Program-made: the position numbers and the translations under genes
Assembly: GCA_963693055.1 (NCBI GenBank)
Contig: OY843751.1
Span: 1,440,001-1,504,000, forward strand
Length of the DNA: 64,000 nucleotides
From: a bacterium
GTDB taxonomy: Bacteria; Zhuqueibacterota; Zhuqueibacteria; Residuimicrobiales; Krinioviventaceae
Reading direction: 5' to 3'
The notes under the pieces: generated by a model
Told to the model about the DNA's origin: nothing
Seen by the model: only the letters and a program-made list of their open reading frames with translations
Database searches by the model: none
In this document: piece after piece, positions 54,144-62,719 of the stretch
How positions within the stretch are numbered: position 1 is the stretch's first letter
Layout: the number at the start of each line of letters is the position of its first letter

Positions 54144-54411
54144 ACACTACGGCGAACCACGTCTTTATGAAATTTGGTGTGAACAAAATGGCATGTATGG
54201 AGCAGCATCGTGGCTCAGTCGTGACTTTGGTTACTGGGTAACACCCGATGTCGTCCGGTATCTATCTTATAAATTCAATTGGAAGCGTGTGATAACGGAC
54301 TTGTCACTCCCGGTTGCTCAGGGAATTATCCAGGGTACAGTTGATCCGAGTTATTATAAACATATCACTATAAGCGGCCTCAACGAACCCGCAATGGAGG
54401 TAATACCATGA
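54124..54411 (+). CDS. Hypothetical protein
   Basis: Likely start ATG 54124 overlapping the previous gene; stop overlaps the next start (ATGA). Confidence 0.55.
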   Translation: MTQQLIKHYGEPRLYEIWCEQNGMYGAASWLSRDFGYWVTPDVVRYLSYKFNWKRVITDLSLPVAQGIIQGTVDPSYYKHITISGLNEPAMEVIP

Positions 54412-54602
54412 GCAAACTCAAAGACAATGGTCCAACTCAAGACAAGACTCAGGTTATCATGACAAAACTCAAAAAAATGCAAGCCAGACTCGGTGAGTCT
54501 AACGATGAACCTGACTTTGTACGGATGCGACAGGATGCGATGAAAGCCGTGCATTTATTTACTGATGTCGAGAGGACGGATGAAGGGTATCAGGTGATGT
54601 AA
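54408..54602 (+). CDS. Small hypothetical protein
   Basis: GGAGG RBS; translationally coupled to the upstream ORF. Confidence 0.5.
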   Translation: MSKLKDNGPTQDKTQVIMTKLKKMQARLGESNDEPDFVRMRQDAMKAVHLFTDVERTDEGYQVM

Positions 54603-54813
54603 AAAAGATCCCCGCTCATTTCCGTAGGGGAAGACGGAAGCTGCTTGCGCATGAGGGATTGAGCGGGGTATATTCTTTAGAATTTAGGTTCCATACTACG
54701 CCCCCCATCGATGCCAGGTGACAAGCAAGGGGTGCCCTTTTTTCAGAGGGGCCCCCTGGTGGGTTGGGGCGAGTTTTTTTTATTTGTAAAATTTTGTGAT
54801 TACATAACAAACG

Positions 54814-56677
54814 GTTTCAATTCCATATTGGTTCGATTAAGACTCAATCCTTTTTCTTTTTTTGCCCCTATATTGCAAATTTCAATTCCATATTGGTTCG
54901 ATTAAGACGTGATCTGGTACCGTATCAGGCCGATAGTGATACTTATTTCAATTCCATATTGGTTCGATTAAGACCATCAAGCGCCTGAAAAGAAATTGTT
55001 CGCCCAGAGACATTTCAATTCCATATTGGTTCGATTAAGACCGTCAGGAGCTGGAAAGATTCAAAGAGCTTGTAAAATTTCAATTCCATATTGGTTCGAT
55101 TAAGACAAATACAAAAAATTGCTTATTTTCCGACATAACAATATTTCAATTCCATATTGGTTCGATTAAGACGTTCAGGAAACCGCGGTGCAGTTGGGCA
55201 AGGCGTATTTCAATTCCATATTGGTTCGATTAAGACTGGGCTGGAAAACCAAAGACTTGCGTGGATTTTTATTTCAATTCCATATTGGTTCGATTAAGAC
55301 TGATGCAGGTAATGATTATACCTTGATACAAAATAAATTTCAATTCCATATTGGTTCGATTAAGACCGGTTCATGCTCGAAGTGAATCCAACATCATTTA
55401 GATTTCAATTCCATATTGGTTCGATTAAGACCCACCCAGTCTGGATGCCCATTGCGAATCCATTTTTTATTTCAATTCCATATTGGTTCGATTAAGACTT
55501 GATGCAGAGCTCGAACCCCTTGTTAAGGACACATTTCAATTCCATATTGGTTCGATTAAGACCCCGCATTCTGGGCAATTAAAATCTTTTAATCTCAATT
55601 TCAATTCCATATTGGTTCGATTAAGACCCGGATTACCCTCAAACCATCAGTCAAGTAAAAGCATTTCAATTCCATATTGGTTCGATTAAGACGAGTTTGG
55701 TGTAGGTGTTGCTGATTTGGCAATGAAATTTCAATTCCATATTGGTTCGATTAAGACGAAACAAACTGCTTTCCGGTCTCCGCCGAGGCTGTATTTCAAT
55801 TCCATATTGGTTCGATTAAGACGAAACGGTCAAACTTGCCCGTGTGGCAAATTCAATATTTCAATTCCATATTGGTTCGATTAAGACTTGACATTCTTGC
55901 ATAACAGATGTATTTTAGCCATATTTCAATTCCATATTGGTTCGATTAAGACCATTGCCTGGTTCGCACTGTCACGTTGGGTTTTTTATTTCAATTCCAT
56001 ATTGGTTCGATTAAGACACAATTGGCGGTCCATATACAAAAACTACAACCGTATTTCAATTCCATATTGGTTCGATTAAGACTTTTCAAGTTCACTGATC
56101 TTTTCTTCAACCTCCTGTATTTCAATTCCATATTGGTTCGATTAAGACAGATCGTGTAATTATGTAAAAGCGACATATTCTATATTTCAATTCCATATTG
56201 GTTCGATTAAGACCAACAATTAAAAGCAAAGAGCATATAAAAGATATATTTCAATTCCATATTGGTTCGATTAAGACTGGGAGATAACTCAAAGGCAGCA
56301 AATTACTATAACTATAAAATTTCAATTCCATATTGGTTCGATTAAGACGGTATGGGTATCGTCATAACGGTAATGCTGGAATACAAATTTCAATTCCATA
56401 TTGGTTCGATTAAGACTGGTACAAGAACTCCATCCACGCGTAGGTATTGTTATTTCAATTCCATATTGGTTCGATTAAGACCAATCGGCCCACACTCCGC
56501 CAGGTTCGATATGCGTTATTTCAATTCCATATTGGTTCGATTAAGACTTATCATTTTTTATAAACTGGTATTTCACACATTTATTTCAATTCCATATTGG
56601 TTCGATTAAGACAAACGTCCGGCGCTCAAATTCAAATGCGAAAAAATATTTCAATTCCATATTGGTTCGATTAAGAC
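54814..56677 (-). CRISPR. CRISPR array: 29 repeats, 28 spacers (34-41 nt); repeat GTCTTAATCGAACCAATATGGAATTGAAAT
   Basis: Counted directly. The repeat ends in ATTGAAAT on the minus strand; the trailer repeat at 54814 has one terminal substitution; the leader is next to cas2. Confidence 0.98.
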
Positions 56678-56777
56678 AACCCCTGAAATCGCTTAAAAAA
56701 CAGGGGCTTTGGGCCTCTGGTTTTGTCATTTCTATCGTCACTTTGCGGTACTGTAAAATCCCTGGGGGTGCGACGAT
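56678..56777 (-). promoter_or_regulatory. CRISPR leader (100 bp)
   Basis: Between the cas2 stop and the first repeat; contains a TCGTCAC...AAAATCCCTGGGGGTGCGACG motif like other I-B leaders. Confidence 0.7.
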
Positions 56778-57041
56778 TTATATAAATGTGTCTGTTGACG
56801 CCTTTTCCAAGCCCACAACCTGCTTTTCAAAGGCTTTTTCATTGCTCATTTTATATATCAGTACCGAATCTTTGTCCTTTTTCATAATGCCTTTTAATTT
56901 TTTGAGCAATTCCTTAAATTTTCCGTCTGTAAGCTCGCCTTCAAAGACGCTGTTTTGTACCCAATGTAAATAGGCGCGACAGATTTTAAGGGCCTTGGCC
57001 ACTCTTTTTTCTTCAATGTCGTACACTAATAGAATATACAT
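56778..57041 (-). CDS. cas2: CRISPR-associated endoribonuclease Cas2
   Basis: MYILLVYDI...YLHWVQNSVFEGE. Confidence 0.95.
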   Translation of the reverse strand: MYILLVYDIEEKRVAKALKICRAYLHWVQNSVFEGELTDGKFKELLKKLKGIMKKDKDSVLIYKMSNEKAFEKQVVGLEKASTDTFI

Positions 57042-57043
57042 AT

Positions 57044-58129
57044 TTACCACCACATTCGAAAGGCTTTATAGGGTTTAATGTTGGTAACGTGTTTGATGAG
57101 GCGATAGGCTTCGAGCCGGATGAGCCGGCGGTATGAGACATTACGTCCTAACGATCTGTGCTTAATGGTTGTTTTCATGCGCTCGTCATAGGCCTGCACA
57201 AAGATTTTTCGGCCTTCTTCATTCAGGTAACAAAAGTTGAGTTTTTCGTCAAAGTGTTTCTTTTTAAGGCTGCCCTGGTTAAGCAGTTTAAAGATGATCC
57301 GATCTACAATAAAGGGCTTAAAGACTTCGGCAACATCAAGGCTTAGGGAAAATCTACGCGCGCCGGGCTCGTGCAAAAAGCTAATAGCGGGATGGAGTTG
57401 TGTGTGATAGATTTCACCCAATGTGGTTGTGTAGAGCATAGAGTTGCCGAATGATATCAGCGCGTTTAGGGCGTTTTCGGGAGGTCTGCGGGTGCGGCGC
57501 TCAAAGGTGAATTCGGTTTCAATAATGTCATCCCAGCATTGAAAATAGATGGCCCGGATGCGTCCCTCAGCAGTCATGAGGTCGGTAATAGATTGGGTAT
57601 TTTTAACAACACCCAGTTCTTTGTGGATGTTGTCGATCCCGGCTTGCAGATTGCGTCCCCGGTTTTGGTAATACCGCAGGTTGTTGAGAATATTTTCGGC
57701 GGCGGCTGTTACAAACTCGCGCGCGATGTTCAGGCGTTTTGTTGTATCTATATAATGCTGCACCTGGTCAACAATCACTTGTCCGCTGATGAGATATTCG
57801 CGCGGAATCAGGCTTGAAGAGTAGAACCCGTAATAGTTGAAAAAGTGTGCTACGATGTGCTGCTGTGCCAGCATGTGGACGAGTTTGCTGTTAAATGTGG
57901 ATTCGCCGAAAAAGTAGATGGAATCTACATCTTCTATGGGGACAACGCGTTTGAGGACGCGGTCATGGTCGTCTTTATCGGCTTCGAATTCTGTGCTGTC
58001 TACGACGAGTTCTTCGTCAGCGTCAATGTCTGCCAGGGAGACGTCGTCGTTTTCTGCGCGTTCAAAAAAGAGGGTGTTTTGCTGCCGGCGGATACGTCCC
58101 GCGCTGAATATGTAATAGGGTCTTTTCAT
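57044..58129 (-). CDS. cas1: Type I-B Cas1 with acidic N-terminal insertion
   Basis: HFFNYYGFY, EGRIR..YF, RTRRPPENALNALISFGNS, SFLHEP and SLSLDVAEVFKP motifs. Confidence 0.96.
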   Translation of the reverse strand: MKRPYYIFSAGRIRRQQNTLFFERAENDDVSLADIDADEELVVDSTEFEADKDDHDRVLKRVVPIEDVDSIYFFGESTFNSKLVHMLAQQHIVAHFFNYYGFYSSSLIPREYLISGQVIVDQVQHYIDTTKRLNIAREFVTAAAENILNNLRYYQNRGRNLQAGIDNIHKELGVVKNTQSITDLMTAEGRIRAIYFQCWDDIIETEFTFERRTRRPPENALNALISFGNSMLYTTTLGEIYHTQLHPAISFLHEPGARRFSLSLDVAEVFKPFIVDRIIFKLLNQGSLKKKHFDEKLNFCYLNEEGRKIFVQAYDERMKTTIKHRSLGRNVSYRRLIRLEAYRLIKHVTNIKPYKAFRMWW

Positions 58130-58136
58130 GGTATAC

Positions 58137-58637
58137 CTATATATGACATAGTTCGTAATAGCTGCATTTACGGCATACTGTTATTTTCACAGTTATTGCA
58201 GGCGGTTTTGGTTTTTCTAAAATGTTGTTAATGTTTTGTATTGCAGTTTCGAGTTGTTTTTCTTTTTCCGCTGTCAGTTCAATATCTACGGTCCTTTTCA
58301 ATACCGGGTAATTGATTTGTCCTTTTAAGGGGTGAATGCCTTTATTTTTCAAAAGATATAGATAATAAAGCACCTGCCATTGGTGTGCGTGTTCAAAGGA
58401 TTTTGATTTTTTCACTTCATGCAGAATACCGTTACGAATATCAAAAAAATCGATTTTTATGTTATCTATTTCTATTTCTTTTTTCTCCCGATCATAGGAA
58501 TCATTGTGGATGAGTTTACCCTGATAGACGACATCGGATTCGTGCTCCATGGTAATATCCCGACCAAAGAGCCAAACCTGCCGATGGCAGTGAAAGTAGT
58601 AATTGATTAGTGTGCCTGTAATTTGCATGTAATTCAT
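58137..58637 (-). CDS. cas4: Cas4 exonuclease
   Basis: ITGTLINYYFHCHRQVWL, IKIDF..HEVKKS, QVLYY and CRKCSYYELC motifs. Confidence 0.96.
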   Translation of the reverse strand: MNYMQITGTLINYYFHCHRQVWLFGRDITMEHESDVVYQGKLIHNDSYDREKKEIEIDNIKIDFFDIRNGILHEVKKSKSFEHAHQWQVLYYLYLLKNKGIHPLKGQINYPVLKRTVDIELTAEKEKQLETAIQNINNILEKPKPPAITVKITVCRKCSYYELCHI

Positions 58638-58639
58638 TA

Positions 58640-60994
58640 TTAGAGAAAAGGATTATCTAATATCTCCTGGTATTCGTCAGTCATTCCTATTTCTTTATTA
58701 TATTTGCATTTAGCAACAACAACATAATTCCTTTTTATTGAATTATCTTTGTTAAAAATATCAATTGTTTTTATTTCAATTTGAGAACCTTGCGGATTAT
58801 TTTTCAATTTGAAATACATGCCTTTATGTATTGTTACTAATAATTCTTCTGCTCTGATATAGTCAAATTGTTCCAGGCATTGTTTGTAATCATTAAAAAA
58901 AAATGCTGGTAATACTTGTATACCTGTGAACTTTTCATAAAATTCATTTTCATTTTCTTTGTTTGCTGTGTATGGTTGTAAAGATTGTAAAGATGCCTGA
59001 AATGTTTTTAAGGTTAAATGAAACTCTTGTTTTTGTTCTGGTTCCCAATCTGGGTATACAGTATCTAACATATTTTGAACTTGAGATTCATAGATAAATT
59101 CAATTTTTTCGAGGACACTGATAGTGCGATTTACAACACTTTGAGGATAGATATATGAATCGTAGGGGCCCCCATTTCTACAGATGTAAACAGGGCAGGG
59201 GGGATTCAATCCCTTTCTATTTATTCTACCGAAACGTTGTAATAAAGCATCCAATGGTGCCGGTTCTGTAAACATAATATCATAATCAATATCCAGGCTG
59301 ACTTCAATCGCCTGTGTGCCTATCAAAATTTTTGTTTTTTTATCAAAGGCCTTTTTTTCATTATGAAAACGATCTTTAGCAATATAACGACTATGAATCA
59401 TATTAATTTCATCTTTATCAATTGAGCATTGTTGTAATATGGATTCATAAATTTTTTGGGCTCGTTGAACTGTATTGCAAACAATTATTATTCTTTTGTT
59501 TTGTAATATAATGTTATCAATTTCATTGAGAATGCTATAAATTTCGCCATCAATAATTTTAACATAATGCCTTGGATTTTTGTTTAAAAAATCAAGTTCT
59601 GGCTGAACAGGTGTAACTACATCTAATACTTTTTGCAATTTACGTAACATGAAATAAGGCAATGTGGCTGTCATTACCATTACGTTACAATGAAGATGAC
59701 TAATTAAAAATTTTAACATGACTAAAATTTGAGCAAAGGTTGAAGGATCGTAAGCATGTATTTCATCAAAGATTAGTTTTGCACCGGCTAATTGAGTTAT
59801 TCCAAGTTCAAATCCCTTAACACCATAGCAATACTTTAATATTTGAAAAGGTGTGATGACTTTTAGCGGATGGGCCAAACGTTTATATTGTTCCCGTAAC
59901 TTTTTAATTTCAATATTTCTTTTTAGTATAGGAGTATTTTCATAATACGTCGCAAGGTATTGTGAAAGTTTGCCATGTTGAATTCCGATAAAATCAGATA
60001 ATCCATTTTTTGTTAGCGGATCCATATTTTCAATCAGCCTTTTATGCATTGCATTTATTGATGCAGTAAAAGGCAGAATATAAAAAGCATGCCCTTGGTT
60101 TAGAGTTAATTGATTTTGTAGCCAACCAATTGCAGCCTCCGTTTTCCCGGAACCGGTAGGGGCAATTAGTAAACAATTTTTATTTTGTTTCATACAAACT
60201 TTTTGATGGTAAAATAAATCTTTACCTTTTGTTTGTAGCTTTTGTCTCATTTTGTAAATAAATTCAAAGTGTTTTTGACTCAGAGCTGGTATTTGAGTAA
60301 TTCCAGCTGAGCCATAATGGTCACATATTTTGAGACCTCCCCATAATAGCAAATTTTGCCAATAATCAATTGTATCAATTGGATATTGTTTAATCCGTTT
60401 AATAATAGTTTCATAAGGATGTTGTTGATTTGATAAAACAACTTTATTGTTCATATTGATATTTTGGAAACCATATTTTTTAGAAAGAATATCAAATTCA
60501 TCAATGAGGATTTTTAGACTTTTTATATCCAGAGATGATTGCAAATTATAAAGAAATTCCTCCGGATGATGTTGAAAACCCCTATCTTTGAATTTATATT
60601 CAAATTCAAACTCTAATAAATTTTTATCTTTATAATATTTACTTTGTAATATTTCATAATCTTTATGATGTCCGATAATTGTACGTTTTACGAGTAATCG
60701 TTGTTGTTCTTGTATATTTAATTTATCTACAAAGGGGATAGAATAAAGCTCATGTCTTTGTCCAAACCAATTATTGTTTTCTCCGGCAAGGTACTTTTGA
60801 AATTCTTTGTGCCCTTTACCAAAATCATGAAGATAAACTGAAATAAATAAAAGCAGCCAGAAATCATTATCTCCAAAAATATTTGTTAATTTTGGAATGG
60901 AATTTTGTAATTGTTTCCAGATAATGAGACAATCATTTATGTGCTGCTTTAGTGTAGTCCCATCAGATTTTGCATAAATCATTTTCGAGACCAT
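58640..60994 (-). CDS. cas3: Cas3 HD nuclease/helicase
   Basis: TLKQH, LHDFGK, HH, APTGSGKT, DEIH, MTAT, IHSR and QRFGRINR motifs. Confidence 0.96.
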   Translation of the reverse strand: MVSKMIYAKSDGTTLKQHINDCLIIWKQLQNSIPKLTNIFGDNDFWLLLFISVYLHDFGKGHKEFQKYLAGENNNWFGQRHELYSIPFVDKLNIQEQQRLLVKRTIIGHHKDYEILQSKYYKDKNLLEFEFEYKFKDRGFQHHPEEFLYNLQSSLDIKSLKILIDEFDILSKKYGFQNINMNNKVVLSNQQHPYETIIKRIKQYPIDTIDYWQNLLLWGGLKICDHYGSAGITQIPALSQKHFEFIYKMRQKLQTKGKDLFYHQKVCMKQNKNCLLIAPTGSGKTEAAIGWLQNQLTLNQGHAFYILPFTASINAMHKRLIENMDPLTKNGLSDFIGIQHGKLSQYLATYYENTPILKRNIEIKKLREQYKRLAHPLKVITPFQILKYCYGVKGFELGITQLAGAKLIFDEIHAYDPSTFAQILVMLKFLISHLHCNVMVMTATLPYFMLRKLQKVLDVVTPVQPELDFLNKNPRHYVKIIDGEIYSILNEIDNIILQNKRIIIVCNTVQRAQKIYESILQQCSIDKDEINMIHSRYIAKDRFHNEKKAFDKKTKILIGTQAIEVSLDIDYDIMFTEPAPLDALLQRFGRINRKGLNPPCPVYICRNGGPYDSYIYPQSVVNRTISVLEKIEFIYESQVQNMLDTVYPDWEPEQKQEFHLTLKTFQASLQSLQPYTANKENENEFYEKFTGIQVLPAFFFNDYKQCLEQFDYIRAEELLVTIHKGMYFKLKNNPQGSQIEIKTIDIFNKDNSIKRNYVVVAKCKYNKEIGMTDEYQEILDNPFL

Positions 60995-60996
60995 AA

Positions 60997-61662
60997 TTAA
61001 TCATAAATTTCCTGCCAATAAACATCCCATTCAAATTCTTTATTATCTAATATGAACTTGTCTTTTATACCCTTTGCTTTAACTTTGGTGTTATTTTGAT
61101 AATTAAAAGGTAATAAACAATATGGTTTTGTTCCTCTGTTCTGACGCGGAAAGGAATTGGTGAAATATATTGGAAGCGCTTGAATTTGTGATGGTAACGG
61201 ATATTTGACAAAAGGTATAATAGTTCCTTTAATTTTTTGTAATGTATCCATTTCCTTAACAAGCAATTCTGATATATTCCTAACAGTTGCAAGGTCGCTT
61301 GAACGGCCTAGCAATAAAGGGAAAAATGGGTTTTCAAATGCATTTTTAATTTCAATGCTGTCTGTATAAAGAATCAGATCAACATCATACAAGAATTCTC
61401 TTTTGACCACATTTGATTTTATTCCCGTAATAGCATTACCCATTTGATAGATGGTTTCAAGATCTGTCTGTTTTCCTTTTGAAGAAAAAACAAAACCCAG
61501 TTTTTCTTTTGTTACAATGAAATAATTTCCCATAGCGGCAGAAATTAATCCATTGATTGTCGACATTGGAGGAACAGGCAATGTCGGTTGAAATCCACTT
61601 ATCATATTCGGATATCGAAAGGAGGCAGTCCAACTTGTAATATGTATTCGATATATTATCAT
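60997..61662 (-). CDS. cas5: Type I-B Cas5
   Basis: WTASFRYP...PTLPVPPMSTINGLI; LLLGRSSDLA; likely start 61662. Confidence 0.92.
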   Translation of the reverse strand: MIIYRIHITSWTASFRYPNMISGFQPTLPVPPMSTINGLISAAMGNYFIVTKEKLGFVFSSKGKQTDLETIYQMGNAITGIKSNVVKREFLYDVDLILYTDSIEIKNAFENPFFPLLLGRSSDLATVRNISELLVKEMDTLQKIKGTIIPFVKYPLPSQIQALPIYFTNSFPRQNRGTKPYCLLPFNYQNNTKVKAKGIKDKFILDNKEFEWDVYWQEIYD

Positions 61663-61666
61663 GATC

Positions 61667-62710
61667 TTATTCCAATTTAATACTATTAACAAATTGATCA
61701 ATTGCTTCATTAATTGGAGCAATACTTATAATACTAAATTTTTCTTTTAAATTTTGAAATTGTTCATCCAATTCATCCATAAAACCTTTACGTTTTCCAA
61801 TTACTACTGAACCTTTAAATTGATTTTGATAATCGTTGAGTACCTCTTTTAAAGCCTCAATAGAAAAAATCGGTAATCCCAGCTCTTCTTTAGCTAAATG
61901 TGAAAAAGGATGGTTACCACTTTCAAAATGTGTGAGGATAATCAATTTGGGTGTAACATCAGCCATGTTTGTTGCTTGTTTTGCTCCTCCTGATAAATAC
62001 TTTAAGGCACGAATTGTATCCTTGACTCGTTTTAATCTTATATCAGAATTCAAACGGACAAGCTTGACCGTTTTTCCATCCTTGGCATTTAAAATTGGGT
62101 CGTCAATTTCATTCCCATTCTGTAACGCTTCTTTTCTTAATTTGTCATTCAGATTCATAAAACCGGAACGATTCTGCATTGAAAATGTACCTGAACTATC
62201 CAAATCTAATGAGAACATTCCTTTCATGATTGATGAATATTCATCTTTACCATATGGTACAGCATCACCTTCCTGACGAGTCATTGATGACCAATTTTGT
62301 ACAATTGGATTATATGCTACAGCAATAAGTGCAGAATTTTTTAAGGGGGAGACTCTTGTTAGTGTAATGTTTTCCTTTTTATCTTTGCCTTTTTCATCTT
62401 TTACAATTATTTTAGCAGCTCTCATATATCCAAAGATATCATCGTCAGGATATTTTATTGGATTGGCTTCGGTATAAGCTATTTTCTTTTCCCTGATTAT
62501 AGGAGACATTTCCCAATTCATATTTTGTGCAAGTGACTCACGCCACCAGTATCTCCATGCCTGCCCTGAAACGTACGGATACTCTTTGCCGTTTTTCCTG
62601 ATTTTTTTAGTCATAACCGCGTTGTCAACTGTGGTTGAATTGTCTTTTCCTGCATTATTTAAAGCGGCAACATCTACATCAATTAACATAAATCCTTGGA
62701 TTGTACTCAT
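61667..62710 (-). CDS. cas7: Type I-B Cas7 (Cst2/DevR)
   Basis: ALNNAG, YPYVSGQAWRYWWR, DDDIFGYM, RVSPLK and GGAKQ..DVTPK motifs. Confidence 0.93.
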   Translation of the reverse strand: MSTIQGFMLIDVDVAALNNAGKDNSTTVDNAVMTKKIRKNGKEYPYVSGQAWRYWWRESLAQNMNWEMSPIIREKKIAYTEANPIKYPDDDIFGYMRAAKIIVKDEKGKDKKENITLTRVSPLKNSALIAVAYNPIVQNWSSMTRQEGDAVPYGKDEYSSIMKGMFSLDLDSSGTFSMQNRSGFMNLNDKLRKEALQNGNEIDDPILNAKDGKTVKLVRLNSDIRLKRVKDTIRALKYLSGGAKQATNMADVTPKLIILTHFESGNHPFSHLAKEELGLPIFSIEALKEVLNDYQNQFKGSVVIGKRKGFMDELDEQFQNLKEKFSIISIAPINEAIDQFVNSIKLE

Positions 62711-62719
62711 GATTCCTCC

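Larger units (their letters stand above)
43485..54780. mobile_element. Satellite-like integrative element (int, xis-like, cargo, primase-helicase, ori); right boundary not found
   Basis: Integrase abutting the tRNA, divergent DUF5659/primase operon, iterons; no capsid, terminase or conjugation genes seen. Confidence 0.7.

Noticed and set aside
56083-56096. Spacer match TTTTCAAGTTCACT to 41808-41821
   Set aside because: Only 14 nt and AT-rich, so expected by chance; I found no full-length self-targeting spacer by eye
54711-56973. Short ORFs across the CRISPR array
   Set aside because: Translations of repeats (FQFHIGSIKT, FNSILVRLR), not genes
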